64,000 nt of DNA from Psammoneis japonica (GCA_008632985.1 QPGO01000011.1:124001-188000), one strand, 5' to 3'. Shown: positions 48,601 through 62,591, numbered from the stretch's first letter. The notes: generated by a model not told the origin, from the letters alone. Program-made: numbers and translations.

Positions 48601-51600
48601 TCGGTTTTGCGAGATCTAATGTAGAATTGCTGGGCGAGAAGTTTTCCGGCTTGCCGTCTGGCTTTGTCAAGGCAAGAATTCATTTCACAATGGCCGAGTC
48701 TGCGTCGCTACCTTTGCCAGTTCCGAAAAAGACCAAAAGGAAAGGAAATGTCGAAGGCAAAAAATCGAGCCCATGGCGTGTCACAAAGCACCATCCCTTC
48801 TTCAAGTGGAAGGCTGGGATGCGGCTTTCGGATTTGAGGTGTGCGCAGGTCGAAACTCGAGGAGGTGTCTTGTACCTTGAACTGACAAATCGTCACTTGT
48901 CTAATAATACGGAACCGCAAGAGGCAAGAGTCGAACAGGATAATACTGCACTGATTGTTAAGAAAGCAGATGATCTACTCCCTGGTCAGCAGGTCTCCGG
49001 CATTGTCACTTACATTCCACGGAACAACCTCGGCTTGTTTGTGCAGGTCTGCCCCGGTATTACGGGGTATGTGCCGGCAATGGAATTGTCGACTCACGCG
49101 GGTGTTTTGAACAATCTCCGTTCCTACTTTCCCATCGGAGCAAGAATTGATTGCAGTGTCATTAAAAAGACATCCAAGGACAAGGTTGCCGCATCCGATC
49201 ATGGGATGGATGACGGTTCTAAGAAACAGGATCGCGATGTTGCTTTCCTCTCGGTGCTATATCGAGTGAAGTCTCGGCAAGACGGATCGTTTGACAAGAC
49301 ATTTAGGACGCCTAAACCGGCCGTGGGCGACCTTGTAATCGGTCGCGTCAATAAGTCAATCGCAATGGTGAACGGGCCCGCGCTCATGATGGATCTGAGA
49401 GGAGGGCACGTGGCACGGTGTTGTGTGACGGAGCTCAACGAGGTTGATGAATGGATGAACATGCCGCTAGGACGCATGGAACAGCATAAACCAAATGTTA
49501 AAAAGAACGCAAAGGCGCAACCACAGATCGGAAAGGAGAAGCAGAATGTTGTTTCGGATGAAGATGACGGACACGAGATTGATGATTCAATGGATTCCGA
49601 CGAAGATGAATCAGATAGGTGAGTCTCCCGGAGTCAATTTTTGTTCTTCTCTTTGCATTTGCGGAACGGTCCTTGTGGGAAGTCACACATGACTGTGAAG
49701 CTCTTCGCTCTCCCTTGACCTCTTTTGAGTTTCTTTGGGAGCGATCAAATGCGTAGATTAAACTTTTGAACTGTTGGTGTGGCGAGGCTCGCTTTCACTA
49801 AAACCGCGGGTCGCAATGAAATACGGATCACATTATAATGTGAGTTGTTAGAATTGTTTCTAACTTTGTTTTCTGCTTGCCGCTGTATGGTAGGGCCGAA
49901 GCCAACGTCGGTCAAGAAGGAGAATATCCCCGAGGAAAGTACGTTCAGTGTAGAGTGCTTACTAGTGTCCAGTCCTCTCATTATGTAGACGTGAGTCTTC
50001 GACCAAGTCGTATTGAGGGTGATCTCGACGATGACCAAATTCCAGAGGTCAGCGAAATGGCACAGGCATATGTGGTTGATACGAACAAGAAGGGGTGCTT
50101 CGTGCGTCTGTCGCGCCAGGTTGAAGGAAAAGTCATGCTTAAGGAAATTGCGGATGGTTTCATTCCAGACCCAGCTACTGTGTTTCCAATGGGTAGACTC
50201 GTTGCTGGTAAGATCAAAGCAGTACATGAGCGGAAGAAACAGGGTTCGAAGAAGAAGGATAAGCATACTGGCAATGTCAAAGCTTTAGTCGACATGGATA
50301 TGAGAGAATCCACCCTCCTAGAAAGCAACGACAGGCTTCAGCTTGCAGATATCAAGGTTGGAGGGAAGCACAAGGGCGTAGTCACTCGTATCGAAACATA
50401 CGGGGTGTTTGTGAGACTAGACAATAGCAATGTTTCCGGTTTGGTCCATAAGAGTGAGTGCAGTGATGACTATGTGAAGAACTTGACAGATCTCTATGAT
50501 CCGGGTGACCTAGTGAAAGTTCTTGTTATCAAGGCCGACCTGGAACTGAAGCGCATTGGCTTGAGTATGAAGGCAAGTCATTTTGAGGACGATGAAGACT
50601 CTGATGATTCTTCCATGGAAGATGTTGATGAAGATCTGGACTCGGTCCACAGTGATGAGGATATGGATGATGCGGTCGTGAGTGATAGCGATGAATGGGA
50701 TTCTGACGATGAGAACTACGCTTCGAAACTCGCATCAAAGCTAGCTCTGCAAGAGGATAGCGACTCCGATGCCGGAAACAGCGACTCGGAAGATGAAAGC
50801 TCCGCGGAAGACAGTGACGATGACGACATTGACGAAGGTGCAAACGGTAGCGAAATGATGGACACGGATGTTGGCTTTCACTGGGATGCTGGTGTGGCCT
50901 CTGAAATCAAAGACATGGACGCCGAGTCTGACCACGACGATTCATCTTCTGATGAAAGCAGCGACGACGAAGAAGAACAGGATGAGGCGAAGAAGCACAG
51001 GAAGTCCAAGAAAAGGGCGGCGGCTCGGCGTCGGGAGGAGCAAGAAATTTCTCGTCGCGAGACTGCCTTGGCCGACGGAACGGCAAATGATAACCCCGAA
51101 ACAGCCGGCGATTTCGAACGATTACTTGCGAGCGAGCCCAACCAGTCGGAGCATTGGATTCGTTACATGGCTTTTCATCTTTCCTTAGCCGATGTTCAAA
51201 AGGCCCGTGCTGTTGCGGAACGTGCATTTGATAGGATTGAATTCCGTCAGGAAAGCGAAAAGCTTAATGTTTGGACGGCCCTATTGACGCTGGAGCTAAA
51301 GTATGGTAGTTGGACTAGTTTGCAGGAGACGGTGGATCGTGCCTGTCAGCATAACAATCCGAAGCAAGTCTATCTCCGAGTATGTGAAATGCTAGAAAGG
51401 GACATTGACGGCGCGACCACCAGTACTTCTTCCCAAGATGCTGTGGCGAGAGCAGACGAGATGTTTGCCAAAATGTGCAAAAAGTTCAAGGGCAAGAAGA
51501 CAGTTTGGATATCGCACCTCAAGTACCTTTTGAAGAGCAATCGTCCCAACGAGGCTCACGCCTTGCTCAAGCGATCTCTCATGAGCTTGCCGGAATACAA

Positions 51601-51940
51601 ACACGTCGAGACCATGTCGAAGTTTGCTCAAATGGAGTTTGAATACGGCAGCGCAGAAAGAGGTCGGACGATTTTCAAAGGCTTGCTGGAGAAATATCCA
51701 AAGCGCCTTGATCTACTGTTTGTTTTAGTTGACAAGGAAGTAAAGAACGACGAGGTAGAGAGTGCTAGAGCACTGCTTGAAGAGGTTGCGAACTCTAGCG
51801 ACCGACAGTTCAGTGACAAACAGATGAAAAGCCTTTTCAAGAAATGGTATCGAATTGAAGAGGAGCACGGAAGTGATGCCAGTCGAGAACATGTCAAGAA
51901 TGAGGCAAGATCATTTGTTGACAGGACAAGCAAAGGGTAG
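45631..51940 (+). CDS. RRP5: rRNA biogenesis protein RRP5/PDCD11; introns ~46720-46811 and ~49619-49893
   Basis: N-terminal FPRG, multiple S1 domains (SVEDHGCLVDLG, IETYGVFVRL), C-terminal HAT repeats (DFERLLASEPNQSEHWIRYMAF, EKLNVW, KFAQMEF). Confidence 0.93.
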
Positions 51941-52649
51941 CTCAGTCTGACGTCAAGGACATCACTATAATTGAAAAGATGAGTCCAACCAGATTCTGAA
52001 GTAGACTGAACACATGTTTCTTGCTCTAGAACACTACTATTCTTGGAGGACTTTGTTATCCTTCGGCTTCTTGCGAGAACGTAAGGATCGCAACAGCTGG
52101 GCGGATTTTCATTGTTGCAAAGAAACCCAAGAATGCCTATGTGCGGTTTGTTTTACTTTCTAATCATATAGCATATCCCTGATATATACTGGATATCGGT
52201 GAAGGGACTAGAACGGTAATTTCCACTACATCTTACAGCTTGCGGCTTTGCAAAACTATTTCTCGGCTTGCATTATTTGAATAATTCCATTCTGATCTTC
52301 TACGAGTAGTGTCGACAACGGCCCCATGATTTCCAAGAGCATACGGGCAGCCTCCAATCGTACGTCCTCCATCAAGATGCTTACCCTCAACGAAGCGCAA
52401 AGCTCGAATTGACAGTGTCTGCCGGCGATGCGACTTTTACCGAGAAACGCAAGACGCAAGAGACCGTTGCCGTATCTTCGCACTTCTAACCACGACTTTT
52501 CGATGATGCACAATTGATCTCATTCCGACATGACTTTGCCTTTTCAGCAGCAGCAACCAAGCCAGGATGTGATAGGAAGGACCTCGTTTCCAAAGCGGTT
52601 AACTCACATTGCGATCCAAAGTACCACCGAAACGACGCCAATGTTTTCC

Positions 52650-52816
52650 TTGCCCCCGTCCAAGCCCCCCTGCTTCCATGCCCCAGCACTGTGTCCCATG
52701 CCCCAGTCCCGCCTCCCCATGTCCCAGTCCCCTTTCCCCACTCCCCAGTCCCCACTCCCCCTTCCCCGCTCCCCCTTCCCCACTCCCCATTCCCCACTCC
52801 CCATTCCCCACTCCCC
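52650..52816 (-). repeat. G-tract heptamer repeat (TGGGGA[G/A/C])n on minus strand; G-quadruplex potential
   Basis: Plus strand CCCCACT/CCCCATT/CCCCAGT units in tandem. Confidence 0.75.
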
Positions 52817-55800
52817 AAAGCGCGAAATCGCGCGAACATTTTTGTCGTGTGAAATCGCCAAAATGGGGAAAGGAGGTTCTACGTATTTCTACGTGGACCT
52901 CCCCATTCGGCCGCTCTCTCGCGGATTTTCAAAAAATTGGTAACAGCCATAACGGTTTTCATTTGGGGAAAAGAGGCCTACGATGTTTCTACATACATCG
53001 AAATTACGTACGCCTCGTACTCCCGAACTGGTAACGAACCCAAGCCCGAACACCGAACACATCGCGGGCTGAACTCACTTCATTCCATCCCTACCATCTA
53101 ACCTTACTGCCTGCGGAATGACAATGGTGGAGTACATTTTATCTATAGACAGATTAACAAGGCCAAACCGACAAAAGAAGGCCATTTCGATGATATACTT
53201 TATACAAGAGAGCACCGAGGTGAAGAAATCGTCACTTGAATCTCCTAAAGTATCACAATTCACAATCAAGCGACATGCCCAGTCGTCCGATGAAGCACAG
53301 AGGCAGAGAGGAAAGCACCTGCCGTACAGTACCTGCGAGCGAGTGAAGTCGCATGCCGACTGCTTCGGTTCTCTCGGTGGTGTCTTTTGCATTTAAATCA
53401 GTCGAATAGGTCAGTCTTTGTGAATGGAGAGTAGCATGAATCGGTCTAATCATACTTCATCCAAGTGTTCTCGACAATCAATTGTTTGGCATGAATACTC
53501 ATATTGTTGCTCCACTCATTTAGCACTTGATGGTGTTTGTTAGCCTTGCGTCTTTCGCATACGCAACGATTTTCAGGGAATCATATCCAATACTTCCCTT
53601 CTGTCGATGCGGCATCGCTTTATCAATCGCGCATTACAAATTGGGCCGACTTAGATACTCGAAGTCGTCAAGAGTTCTGCCGGCAATTCCCAAGTCTCTG
53701 ACTCTAAATATGTCTTTCGTAATTGACGAAGTGCTGCAGCAGAAGATATTACCAGAAGGTTTGATACCGACAATGGATTGAACGGTGCAGAAATGCTACA
53801 AACAGCGAAATGGATAGACACCTACAAGCCATACCTGCCGGAGAAAATGGACGCAAACTTCGAGAGAACACACGGAAGTTGCAATTCGAACTGGCAGAGG
53901 TCATATTGTAAGTATCCTATTGAATACTTTCTTTCTATCTTCTTATATGATCTGGAGCACTTGACAATGCGAAAGCAGCGCTGCAGAAGGAGGGTGGATT
54001 CGGAGCTGAAAGGCGCCACAACTCAATGAAAATGAAACGAAGCTACTTTCATTGTTGACAATTCATGGAGAGAAGACACGCCGAAGGGGGGAGGGGCGAC
54101 CTTTATGCTTTATGCCGATTGCCGAGGAGAAACATTCACCATGGCATATCATAATGGACGTCGCAGATCAGATGATGAGTCTCTCAGTGGTGACAATGAG
54201 AGTGACGCCATATCAACTATGGAGCCCTACCTGTCATCGACTCACCCTTTTTTGGTTCATCGTAGCTATGTCGGTCAATACACCATACCATAATATATGC
54301 ATAGAGTTCATTACAGTCGCTATGATGACACTACCAGTATCGCGTATTGAGCGCATCGTGGTATGCTTGTTTCTGATTTAAAAGTCTGCAAGTTACACCA
54401 AAAATCAAAAAAGGAAATACTACTGTACTGTACCTTAATACATGCAAAGCCTTGAACTGGAAGATTGTTGAGTAGGGGTCTTTTGCCCCGGGGTTTTGGT
54501 GGAGAGTTTTTTTTCCGTTCTGTGGGCCTGAGCCAGGGCAGCTGTGCCCGAGGAGGGGGATGCCGTACTACTAAGCTCGCCTTTTACACCACTTAGCAGG
54601 GTCTTATACCCTTTCTCACCTCAGATGCTATTCACTCCTTATTCTTAGTTTGGCCTCTTTTCTTTTTTTTTTTAATGCTCAATAATACCACACGGTATAG
54701 ACTTTGGTGGATAACAAAGTCACTAGCCGATCACCCCCTGTCCTGCGGGAAGGCATTTCCACAGTAACATTGACAGAGTCCCGGTTCTAGTGCTTGCTTC
54801 CTTTTTTTTCATGTCTCAGAACGCTCTCGTCACCAAGGATCGTTTTGTACTGGAGGAAGAACCCGGCTCATATCATACGCAATAACGACAATGAACTCAA
54901 CTACACCCAAGCAGGATCCAGCGTAACCCTACCAATCACCACAATTATCCATCATCAAGAAAGTTCCAATCATAGGTATTGAAGGAACGAACAGCATCAT
55001 GGACACTGATACACTCCTCCTCAACCTACGAATGAAAACAGTCAATCAGACGGACGGCATGTGGCGCTCCACAATCGGGGTATCAAACCGTCGACACGAA
55101 ACCCTCAATCTCATGTCTTGGAGAATCTGAGCGTCGAACATGGACTCTGAACAAACACCAGACAGAGTTCAAACACGACATTACAGTTCCTCCACGACAC
55201 GAGACTGAGAACACTACTTCTCCGAGTCGACGGCGATCATGGCGGTGGCAGGCATCACGAAGGCGTTGTCTGGCTTGGCTATAGAAAAGTCCATGGTTGA
55301 GAAAGCATACAATACAAACCGCGGCCTTCGTTCTTACCCCAAAAACAACCCTGACAATCCTCTGTTTCGATGGATTGTGAGCAGTGAGTGATGTTCCGAT
55401 CGCAGCCGCCACGCTCAGCTTCAAGCTATCACGCTCAGCTACATACCAGGGAATGCGTAGATTCTACACGAATTCCGAAGCACGACTCATTTCACGATTG
55501 TTAGGATCAGGTTTTGCGAGTGCAATGGACAGCTTGCCGAGTTCATTTTTGGTATGCCAGTACAAAGTTGTGTAGATCTATACATACAAGTTTCTACGTT
55601 AGTTTGTACTGAAATGGCAGTTGGACCCATCAGCTCATTCAAATTTGTACGGCGACCTACCCGTGCATGCCGCACTCACAATGGTGATGATACGACGGCG
55701 TTGTTTGTACTCTGACGCTATCTTGCCACATCATATCTCCCTTACCACGGAGTTTTAGAATATTACTGACAATTGGTTCAATAAAATGACCGGTCGTGAC

Positions 55801-55854
55801 AGAGTTGCAGGGGTTTTGTTTCGCCATGAAAAGACGCCGTTGGACCCATCAACA

Positions 55855-56195
55855 CGACGTATGTACAATGGTCGGTGTTGGAATTGTGACGATGTATTGG
55901 CCCTATTTGAAGTATCTTTAGTGGTATTATGACGTTAGCATGCGGTATGGAAGACTCAGCCGTTCCCAATGTGGTGGCATGACGGTGGAGTTGGCTGGAG
56001 CCCAAGGAGGACTTGTCAACATGACGCACCGGTGCGACGTGCAATGGTCGGTGTTGGAATTGTGACGATGTATTGGCCCTATTTGAAGTATCTTTAGAGG
56101 TATTTTATGACGTTAGCATGCGGTATGGAATGCTCAGCAGTTCCCAATGTGGTGGCATGACGGTGGAGTTAGCTGGAGCCCAAGGAGGACTTACC
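55855..56195 (+). repeat. ~180-bp tandem duplication with a partial third copy at ~56310-56350
   Basis: CAATGGTCGGTGTTGGAATTGTGACGATGTATTGG...GGAGCCCAAGGAGGACTT occurs twice. Confidence 0.85.
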
Positions 56196-57966
56196 TTGAA
56201 TGTGTTTCTGTGGATGCAAGAAAAGCAAATGACGCGTTGGCCCCATTGGAAGTTACTTGAGCAGTGTTGTGGCAAACACAACCGGCATGGATAACTGAGA
56301 AGAGCTTAAATTGGTGGCATGACAGTGAATTTAGCCTGATCCCAAGGAGGGCTGTCTCTGAAAATGTTGCTCTCTGTGGCAGGAACTGCGAGTGGTTGCT
56401 TTGTTGTCCTTTTCTCCATGCAGCAGCAGTTTAGATGGCTCTGCTTTGTGGGCACAAACAAGCAATGCTTCTGAAACGATCACTGGTTGTGGATGTTGAC
56501 CAGTCACATGACAAATCTATGACTGAAATAGAGGTGCTGGAGCGTTGTCAAGTCGGCGGCATTGTCATCTTGTTGGGCGAGCTGGAAGTCTTGTCATTTG
56601 CTCTTCTGCTGCAGAGAACATTGGTGGAATTGAACAATGACTTGATAGAGAAGATGTCAGCAATGTTGGTGGAGGAGTTGGCTGTGGTTGTGATCTGAGA
56701 ATGATTCAAAGTGGGCGATGCAGACGACCTGACAACACGCAAACAGCTGTGCAGTCCATTGAAGCCACTGACCAGCTTTGAAGGCGATTTATTTTGTCTG
56801 TTGACAGACCAATCATCTACATGCCATGTGACAACAACGTGTTGGCATTTTTGCTCAGCATTCACAGTGCATTGGCAACGCCATTGGCTCTGTCGATGCC
56901 TCTTCGTGCTTCGTGTTGTTCTCGTGTTGGAGCTCGCAGAGTTCGTGATTTTCGCACGCATGCATGAGAAACTGTCGAATGTAGAAACATGTTGAATTTC
57001 TGCTGGCATGCCTAAAATGAAACTGGGCAAGCTGTCCATGAAGGTGTTGGCTCAACGGATGCAAAGTTTTCAAATGGCCGCTTTTCAGCCATCCTCCTCT
57101 TTCGCATGTGTCGTCGTCAACAACCACGCTCGGTTCCTCACGTCGTTTCTTTCGGCGCTTCAGACACATGCACTTTACTTGCCACCGTCCGTCATTCTGT
57201 GTCGGAGGGAAGTTCCGCCACGTGTGATCTTTTTGTTTCGCGCATCTTCCAATCTTTTGCACACGCAGAGAACTGGCAACCCACAACCTTCACAACACTC
57301 TGCCACTTGCCAAAAAGCGTAAAGCAGCGAAAAGGCGAGACTTGAGACTGATGACAGCCTTGCCAGTGCCACTGACATGTCGTCTTCCAAGTTGGATTGC
57401 TTGTCCAAGTGCACATCCGCAGAGAGTGAAACGAGGAGAGACAAGAAGAAACAGAAAAAGAAGAAAAAGAAAAAGAAACAACCCAAAAAGACGAATCTAC
57501 TTTGCAAGTCATTCATGACGATGGATGCGACGAGCTTCCTCCTGTGCAAGACAATGACGATTTCGAAGAAGAACCGGTTGTTGTTTTGGACTCTGAAGAA
57601 ATGCCAAAGGACAACAAGCAGGAATGGGAGGCAGTGGACAGTCGCGGACAGTCGTGATTCTGACCAGCCAAGCAAGATTCTCTCAGTGGTGACATCATCT
57701 TGCCGTTTTTCAAAAAAAATTGAAACTCGAAACACGACTGATTTCTCCCGCTCATGCAGCCGTTGATGTCTCGCTTTTCAGATTGCCGTTGCAGCGATTC
57801 ATTCGCTCGTCAAGAGAGGGAGACAGTCTTTCGTCCTTTCATTCATTCATTCATTGTTCATTCGAGAGAGAGTGTGTTCAGCTGCGTCTGCCTCACAGTC
57901 TGTTGCTTTTGTTTGTCGTTTGGTCGTTCAAGACGTCGTTCCTTCGTTCATTCGAGAGCAACGACC

Positions 57967-59116
57967 ATGTCACTCTCAAAAGAAGAGATGCAATCGCCGT
58001 CGCCAATCTTTCCTCACACTCCACTTGGCTCGAGTCCTCACGGCGCCGGCAAACCTCCGAATTTCTCATCGCCGTCAGGCACTGGCCTGGAGCATCTCGC
58101 CAACCTTGACTCGGTTGAATCGAGTGTTGGCCGTGACCCTCCTCTTTCTTCCCCCGAAGCCATTGCTCATGCTCAGCCAAGCCCTTCTCGTAAGAGAAAG
58201 CACGTTGCTGAACCGCTGGTTGGTCTTTCCCAGGTGCTTTCGCCTCTTCGGAGCACTTCAGCGAGGAAGAAAAGAAAATCGGAGTCGATGTCACTAGACA
58301 AGAGCCACCTTGACCAAGTTTTCAACAAGCTCAGCAGTGAAATGAACAGCCTGGAAATCTACGAGACTGGGGTCATCGCCCCTCACAAGCAGAAAAGCGA
58401 TGAGACAGAGTCCGAGGATGCGCAGGCCCAGAAGGCCATGACTGTTGCGAGCCAAGAATGTGAACAGGCCAAGGACAAGAAACAGACTGCGACTCGTCAA
58501 GCCTTGATTTGTTTTGAAACCATGGCAGGCTATGATGCAGATGTTGCAAAGCTCGAATCCAAGATCAGCGACCTTGAAAAGAAGAAGCTTGACATGAAAA
58601 AGAAGAAGGAAAAGCACGATGATGTCGCCACCGATTTTCGACCGGTGGAACATGCATTTGAGGTGTGCCAAGACGCTGTCAAGAAAAAGGAACGCACTGG
58701 AAAAGCTGCGGACAAAGCAAAACGAGATTTTGAAAAAGTCAGCCTGCCAGCCATTCGAGCAAAGAGGGCATTTAGAAAGATGTCTGGAGAGGAAGCCTTC
58801 AACGCTTTGGAGCTGCCATTTAAGTACGAGCTTGGCAAGCATCTAGGGCACAAGGAGTTTCGAAGTACTCATCAAGGGGCTCAAGCGTTACGGGCTCATC
58901 GACGCCCAAGGCATGTCATTTCATAAAGGCGGCAAGCAAGCCATTGACGTTTGGCATGAGATCTGCGGCGTTGTCGGAATCGCCATTCCGAAGGACTACC
59001 CTAAGGAGGATGGCAGCTTGGTGGAATCTCAACTTCTCTACGCTAAGTTCCAAGAGGAAGCTCGTCAACAAGCAATCGAAGGTGATTCGGATGAAAGTTC
59101 TGGTGAAGAAAAATGA
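57967..59116 (+). CDS. Hypothetical Ser/Pro-rich, NLS-bearing coiled-coil protein, partly TpA-depleted; 3' end interrupted (intron or frameshift near 58860-58930)
   Basis: MSLSKEEMQSPSP...RKRK...AKLESKISDLEKKKLDMKKKKEK; continues in ORF 58913-59116. Confidence 0.45.
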
Positions 59117-59399
59117 AACACCTCATAGTCTAGTCTAAATCTTGCGGTAGATTTTTTAAAATTCACAGAGTGGTTCTTTTGTATAAAACTGTCGTGCTCC
59201 CGCCAGCCGCAGTACTTGTACAAGGGGCTCGTCCTATCTACTTTTCAATGTCCGTCGAACCCCATGTGGAGCACCATACGACTACTACTCCAAGGGGTTC
59301 ATAGCGTCGTAGACTATCATTTGCTAAAAAATGAGAAAATCTTAGGCTCTAGAGTGATAGATTACTAATGTTTACATATTTTATGATGAGTTGAAAAAG

Positions 59400-59680
59400 T
59401 ATCAGGACGTCCTGATCCATAAGCTTTGTCCGGCATTCGCCACGGACAACCATAGCTTTTCCGCTTGCGTTCAACTGCTGCAAGCCTTTTGGTTCACGCC
59501 ACAAGCGAGCGCGTTCCTCGTCACCTTTTCATTCGTAGCACTTTCTAATTTCACTCGGACTGCCTTGGAGTCGTTCTTGAGAAACAAGTTATAGGCCGAA
59601 GGCGGGGCCTTTTTGCGTGGTGTGCGATCCACAAGGCCCTTGTTGCAGGCAGAAGGAGGCTCGATCTCTTGCAACGTGCT
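59400..59680 (-). pseudogene. HMG-box-like fragment
   Basis: RKKAPPSAYNLFLK...VRVKL then in-frame stop at the expected Trp position; surrounding frames are broken. Confidence 0.45.
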
Positions 59681-60685
59681 CTTGCGTTTTCTGCAACGGT
59701 GGTTGGGTTACGCTCACGCGCCGCGATTGTGTCGTTTGATCGGTACACGACCAAGCGTGCTTGAAAGAAGTCCAAGTTGCGCACTGTAGTAACGTCCACA
59801 TCGGATGCCTTAGCCATGGCTTGTTTGTCCCATCTGCGAAAACATGGTCCGTATGGCGCTCTACTTTTCTCGTCCGCCAACCAAACAGCTTCGTGACACA
59901 TCTCGTGTAGCAAGGTAGAACGCAGTCGGGACTGGCGGACCACTCCAATGTTGTGGAGGTAGACAGTCGTCAGCCAAAAGCTGTGTTGTCAAAATAAGAT
60001 AATGTCCCTCTGGTAATTTCCTCTCGCGACGTCTGAAACGCAGAAGTAAAGAGTAACTTTTTACTGCTGGACGCACAAAATTCGGCCGTTGGTGGGCGTG
60101 GTGCTGGCTTGGCGATCGGAGCTAGGGTATCCCCTTCTTCTTCTTCACTACTGGTGGAGCATTTAGTGTATTTATCTTTGCGGGATATTTTCCCTGGTCA
60201 CCCCTTTAGCCGATTTAGCAGTCTCCTTCAAGCCCTCGCCAAGCTCTTGGCCGGAACCTGCGGAGGGCAGTTTTGACTTCACGTGGGTGCTCACTTGTGG
60301 TACCAGTAGCCCATCAAGTTTCAACGAGAATTGATTGGTGTAGACAGAGATCTTGCCATTGTGATATGTGGAAACTGTGTAGTCAAAGTGAAAGGAAAAT
60401 CACTGCTCTTGATAGCTTTGATACGTGCAAGTCTCGGCCAAACGAGGAGATAGCACCAAAACCATACTCCGCTCGCTTGCTGAAACGTTAATTGGAGACA
60501 ACTACCGTGTTTCCCATGCTTTCTACTTTGCCAAACAAACGAGAAAGTTTCTGTGGTTGAGATAATACTGCCTAGTAGAAAGAAGAAAAGTCGTAGAAAA
60601 GACGATAAGTAACGTTCGTTTCAAGTAAATTTGCGCAAAGAGAAAACGTTGATGCGTACCCTATTTCTTGTTATTGTAGAGCCTC

Positions 60686-62227
60686 TCATAGTAACACGCT
60701 ATCAGTTTGCTTCATTGAGACCGCCGTTTCCTTAACATACGCTCTCGCCCATTCATCGCACGACAAGATATCATCCAACTCGACATTGTTGACTTTCAAA
60801 TCATCCTTGTGCGCCTCCATTGCACCTTCAATAAGCTTTGGAATATCCAAGAAGCCAAGTCCGATATCGGCACGGAATTGCTCATTGGCTTCTTCATTAG
60901 CCGCATTCAGGACAGCCGTCATGGTTCCACCTGTTTGCCCGGCAGCGTAGGCCAAGTCAATGCACGGATACTTGGCGCGGTCGGGTTTGGCAAAGGTCAG
61001 TGTCGACAATTCTGCCAAGTCAAGTGGCTTATACGGCATCTTGAGGCGATGCGGCCACGATACACTGTACACCAAGGGAAGTCTCATGTCAGCCCAGCCT
61101 AACTGAGCAATGCAAGATGTGTCTTGTGTTTCAATCATTGAGTGAACAATTGACTGAGGGTGAATTACAATGTCAATGTCATCGTAACTAGCACCAAAGA
61201 GATAATGAGCCTCAATGACCTTGGCAGAGAGTAGAGTTGGAAAAGAGCGTGAGTCGAAGACTGGATACTGTATATTTACTCGGCTCTTTCAACCATAAGC
61301 ACTTACTTCCAATCCCTTGTTCATCATGGTGGCGCTATCAAGCGTAATCTTAGCGCCCATGTCCCAATTGGGATGAGTCGTTGCCTTGGCTTGGACCGCG
61401 CGGGGATCGTTTTGGCACATGTCAAACAACTCTTCCTTTGTAAAATCACGAAAGGCACCGCCCGAGGCTGTGAGAATGATCCGCCGAAGCCCCGCTGGCG
61501 GCACACCCTGAAGGCATTGAAAAATAGCGGAATGTTCCGAATCTGCCGGCAACATGTTGATACCGTGCTTCTGGACAAGAGGATTAATGACGGGTCCACC
61601 GGAAATAAGAGTTTCCTTGTTTGCCAAGGCTATATCCTTTCCCAGTTTGATGGCTTCAATGGTTGGCTGGAGACCCGCCGCGCCGACAATTCCAGTCACA
61701 ACTGTATCGGCAGAATCGACCGTTGCAGCTTCCAAAATACCCTCCTCACCGTGTACAATTTCAGGCATGTCACTGCATCCCTCTGCTTTCAAAATATCCT
61801 TGAGCTCCTTTGCAGCCTCGGCTGTGGCAAGTGATGCCACTTTTGGTTGGTATTTCATGACTTGCTCGGCAAAGAGTTTGACATTGGTACCCGCACTCAA
61901 CGCGTCAACCTCGAAATTATCCGGACACACATCGACAATATCAAGAGTTTGTGTTCCAATACTGCCGGTCGATCCCAAGAGTGATAGACGCTTTTTGAAA
62001 TTTGCAGATCCCTCCAACGCCTTTTGAACCGTCAATTCGAGTGATTCTTTGGAATCCACAGGTGCCGAACCCGCTATCCATCCTTCACCCGTTCCTGTGC
62101 TGCCAGAAACAGCGGCGGAATTCAATGCACTGGAACTTTTACTGTTTTGTACAGGTACAAAGGCAAAAGCCTCATTTGTATTGTAAAATGTCACGAATGA
62201 CAGCAAAGCCAGGGAAGCAACCTTCAT
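60686..62227 (-). CDS. DXR: Plastid 1-deoxy-D-xylulose-5-phosphate reductoisomerase; intron 61220-61306
   Basis: Bipartite presequence (AFAF-VP); [60 protein letters not shown]. Confidence 0.96.
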
Positions 62228-62591
62228 GACAAAGCAGGAAAGAGACGTTGATGTGGGAGAGAACAATCGAAGAGAGAAGGGTGATGTGTGTGCGTTGTCC
62301 TTTCAACAATGTTGGTCCTCTGCTTGGTTTGTCGCTCGGCATCATCGGGCGGAACTTCGAGCGAACTTCAACTTACGTACCACGAATGCTGCATTCTGAT
62401 TGGTGGAGGCAAAGTAAACCCGGAAGTTGAGGTTCTGTTTTTGTCTGGCCGTCATCGGTATCTAACACAAAAAAGCACACAAGCCCAAACTGCAACATGT
62501 CTACCCTTTACCGCATTACTTTTTTTTTTCAGATCAAAAAATCTGCGGTCGAAGCAACATCTTGCTTCACTCTTCACTTTTGCAAACGACC

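Noticed and set aside
52650..52816. Telomere
   Set aside because: Internal, short and degenerate; not a TTAGGG-type array
52486..53034. Pro-rich/Gly-rich ORFs over the C-tract
   Set aside because: Translations of a low-complexity heptamer repeat
53000..55500. Protein-coding gene or RNA gene
   Set aside because: Only short broken ORFs and GC-rich patches with no motif I can support
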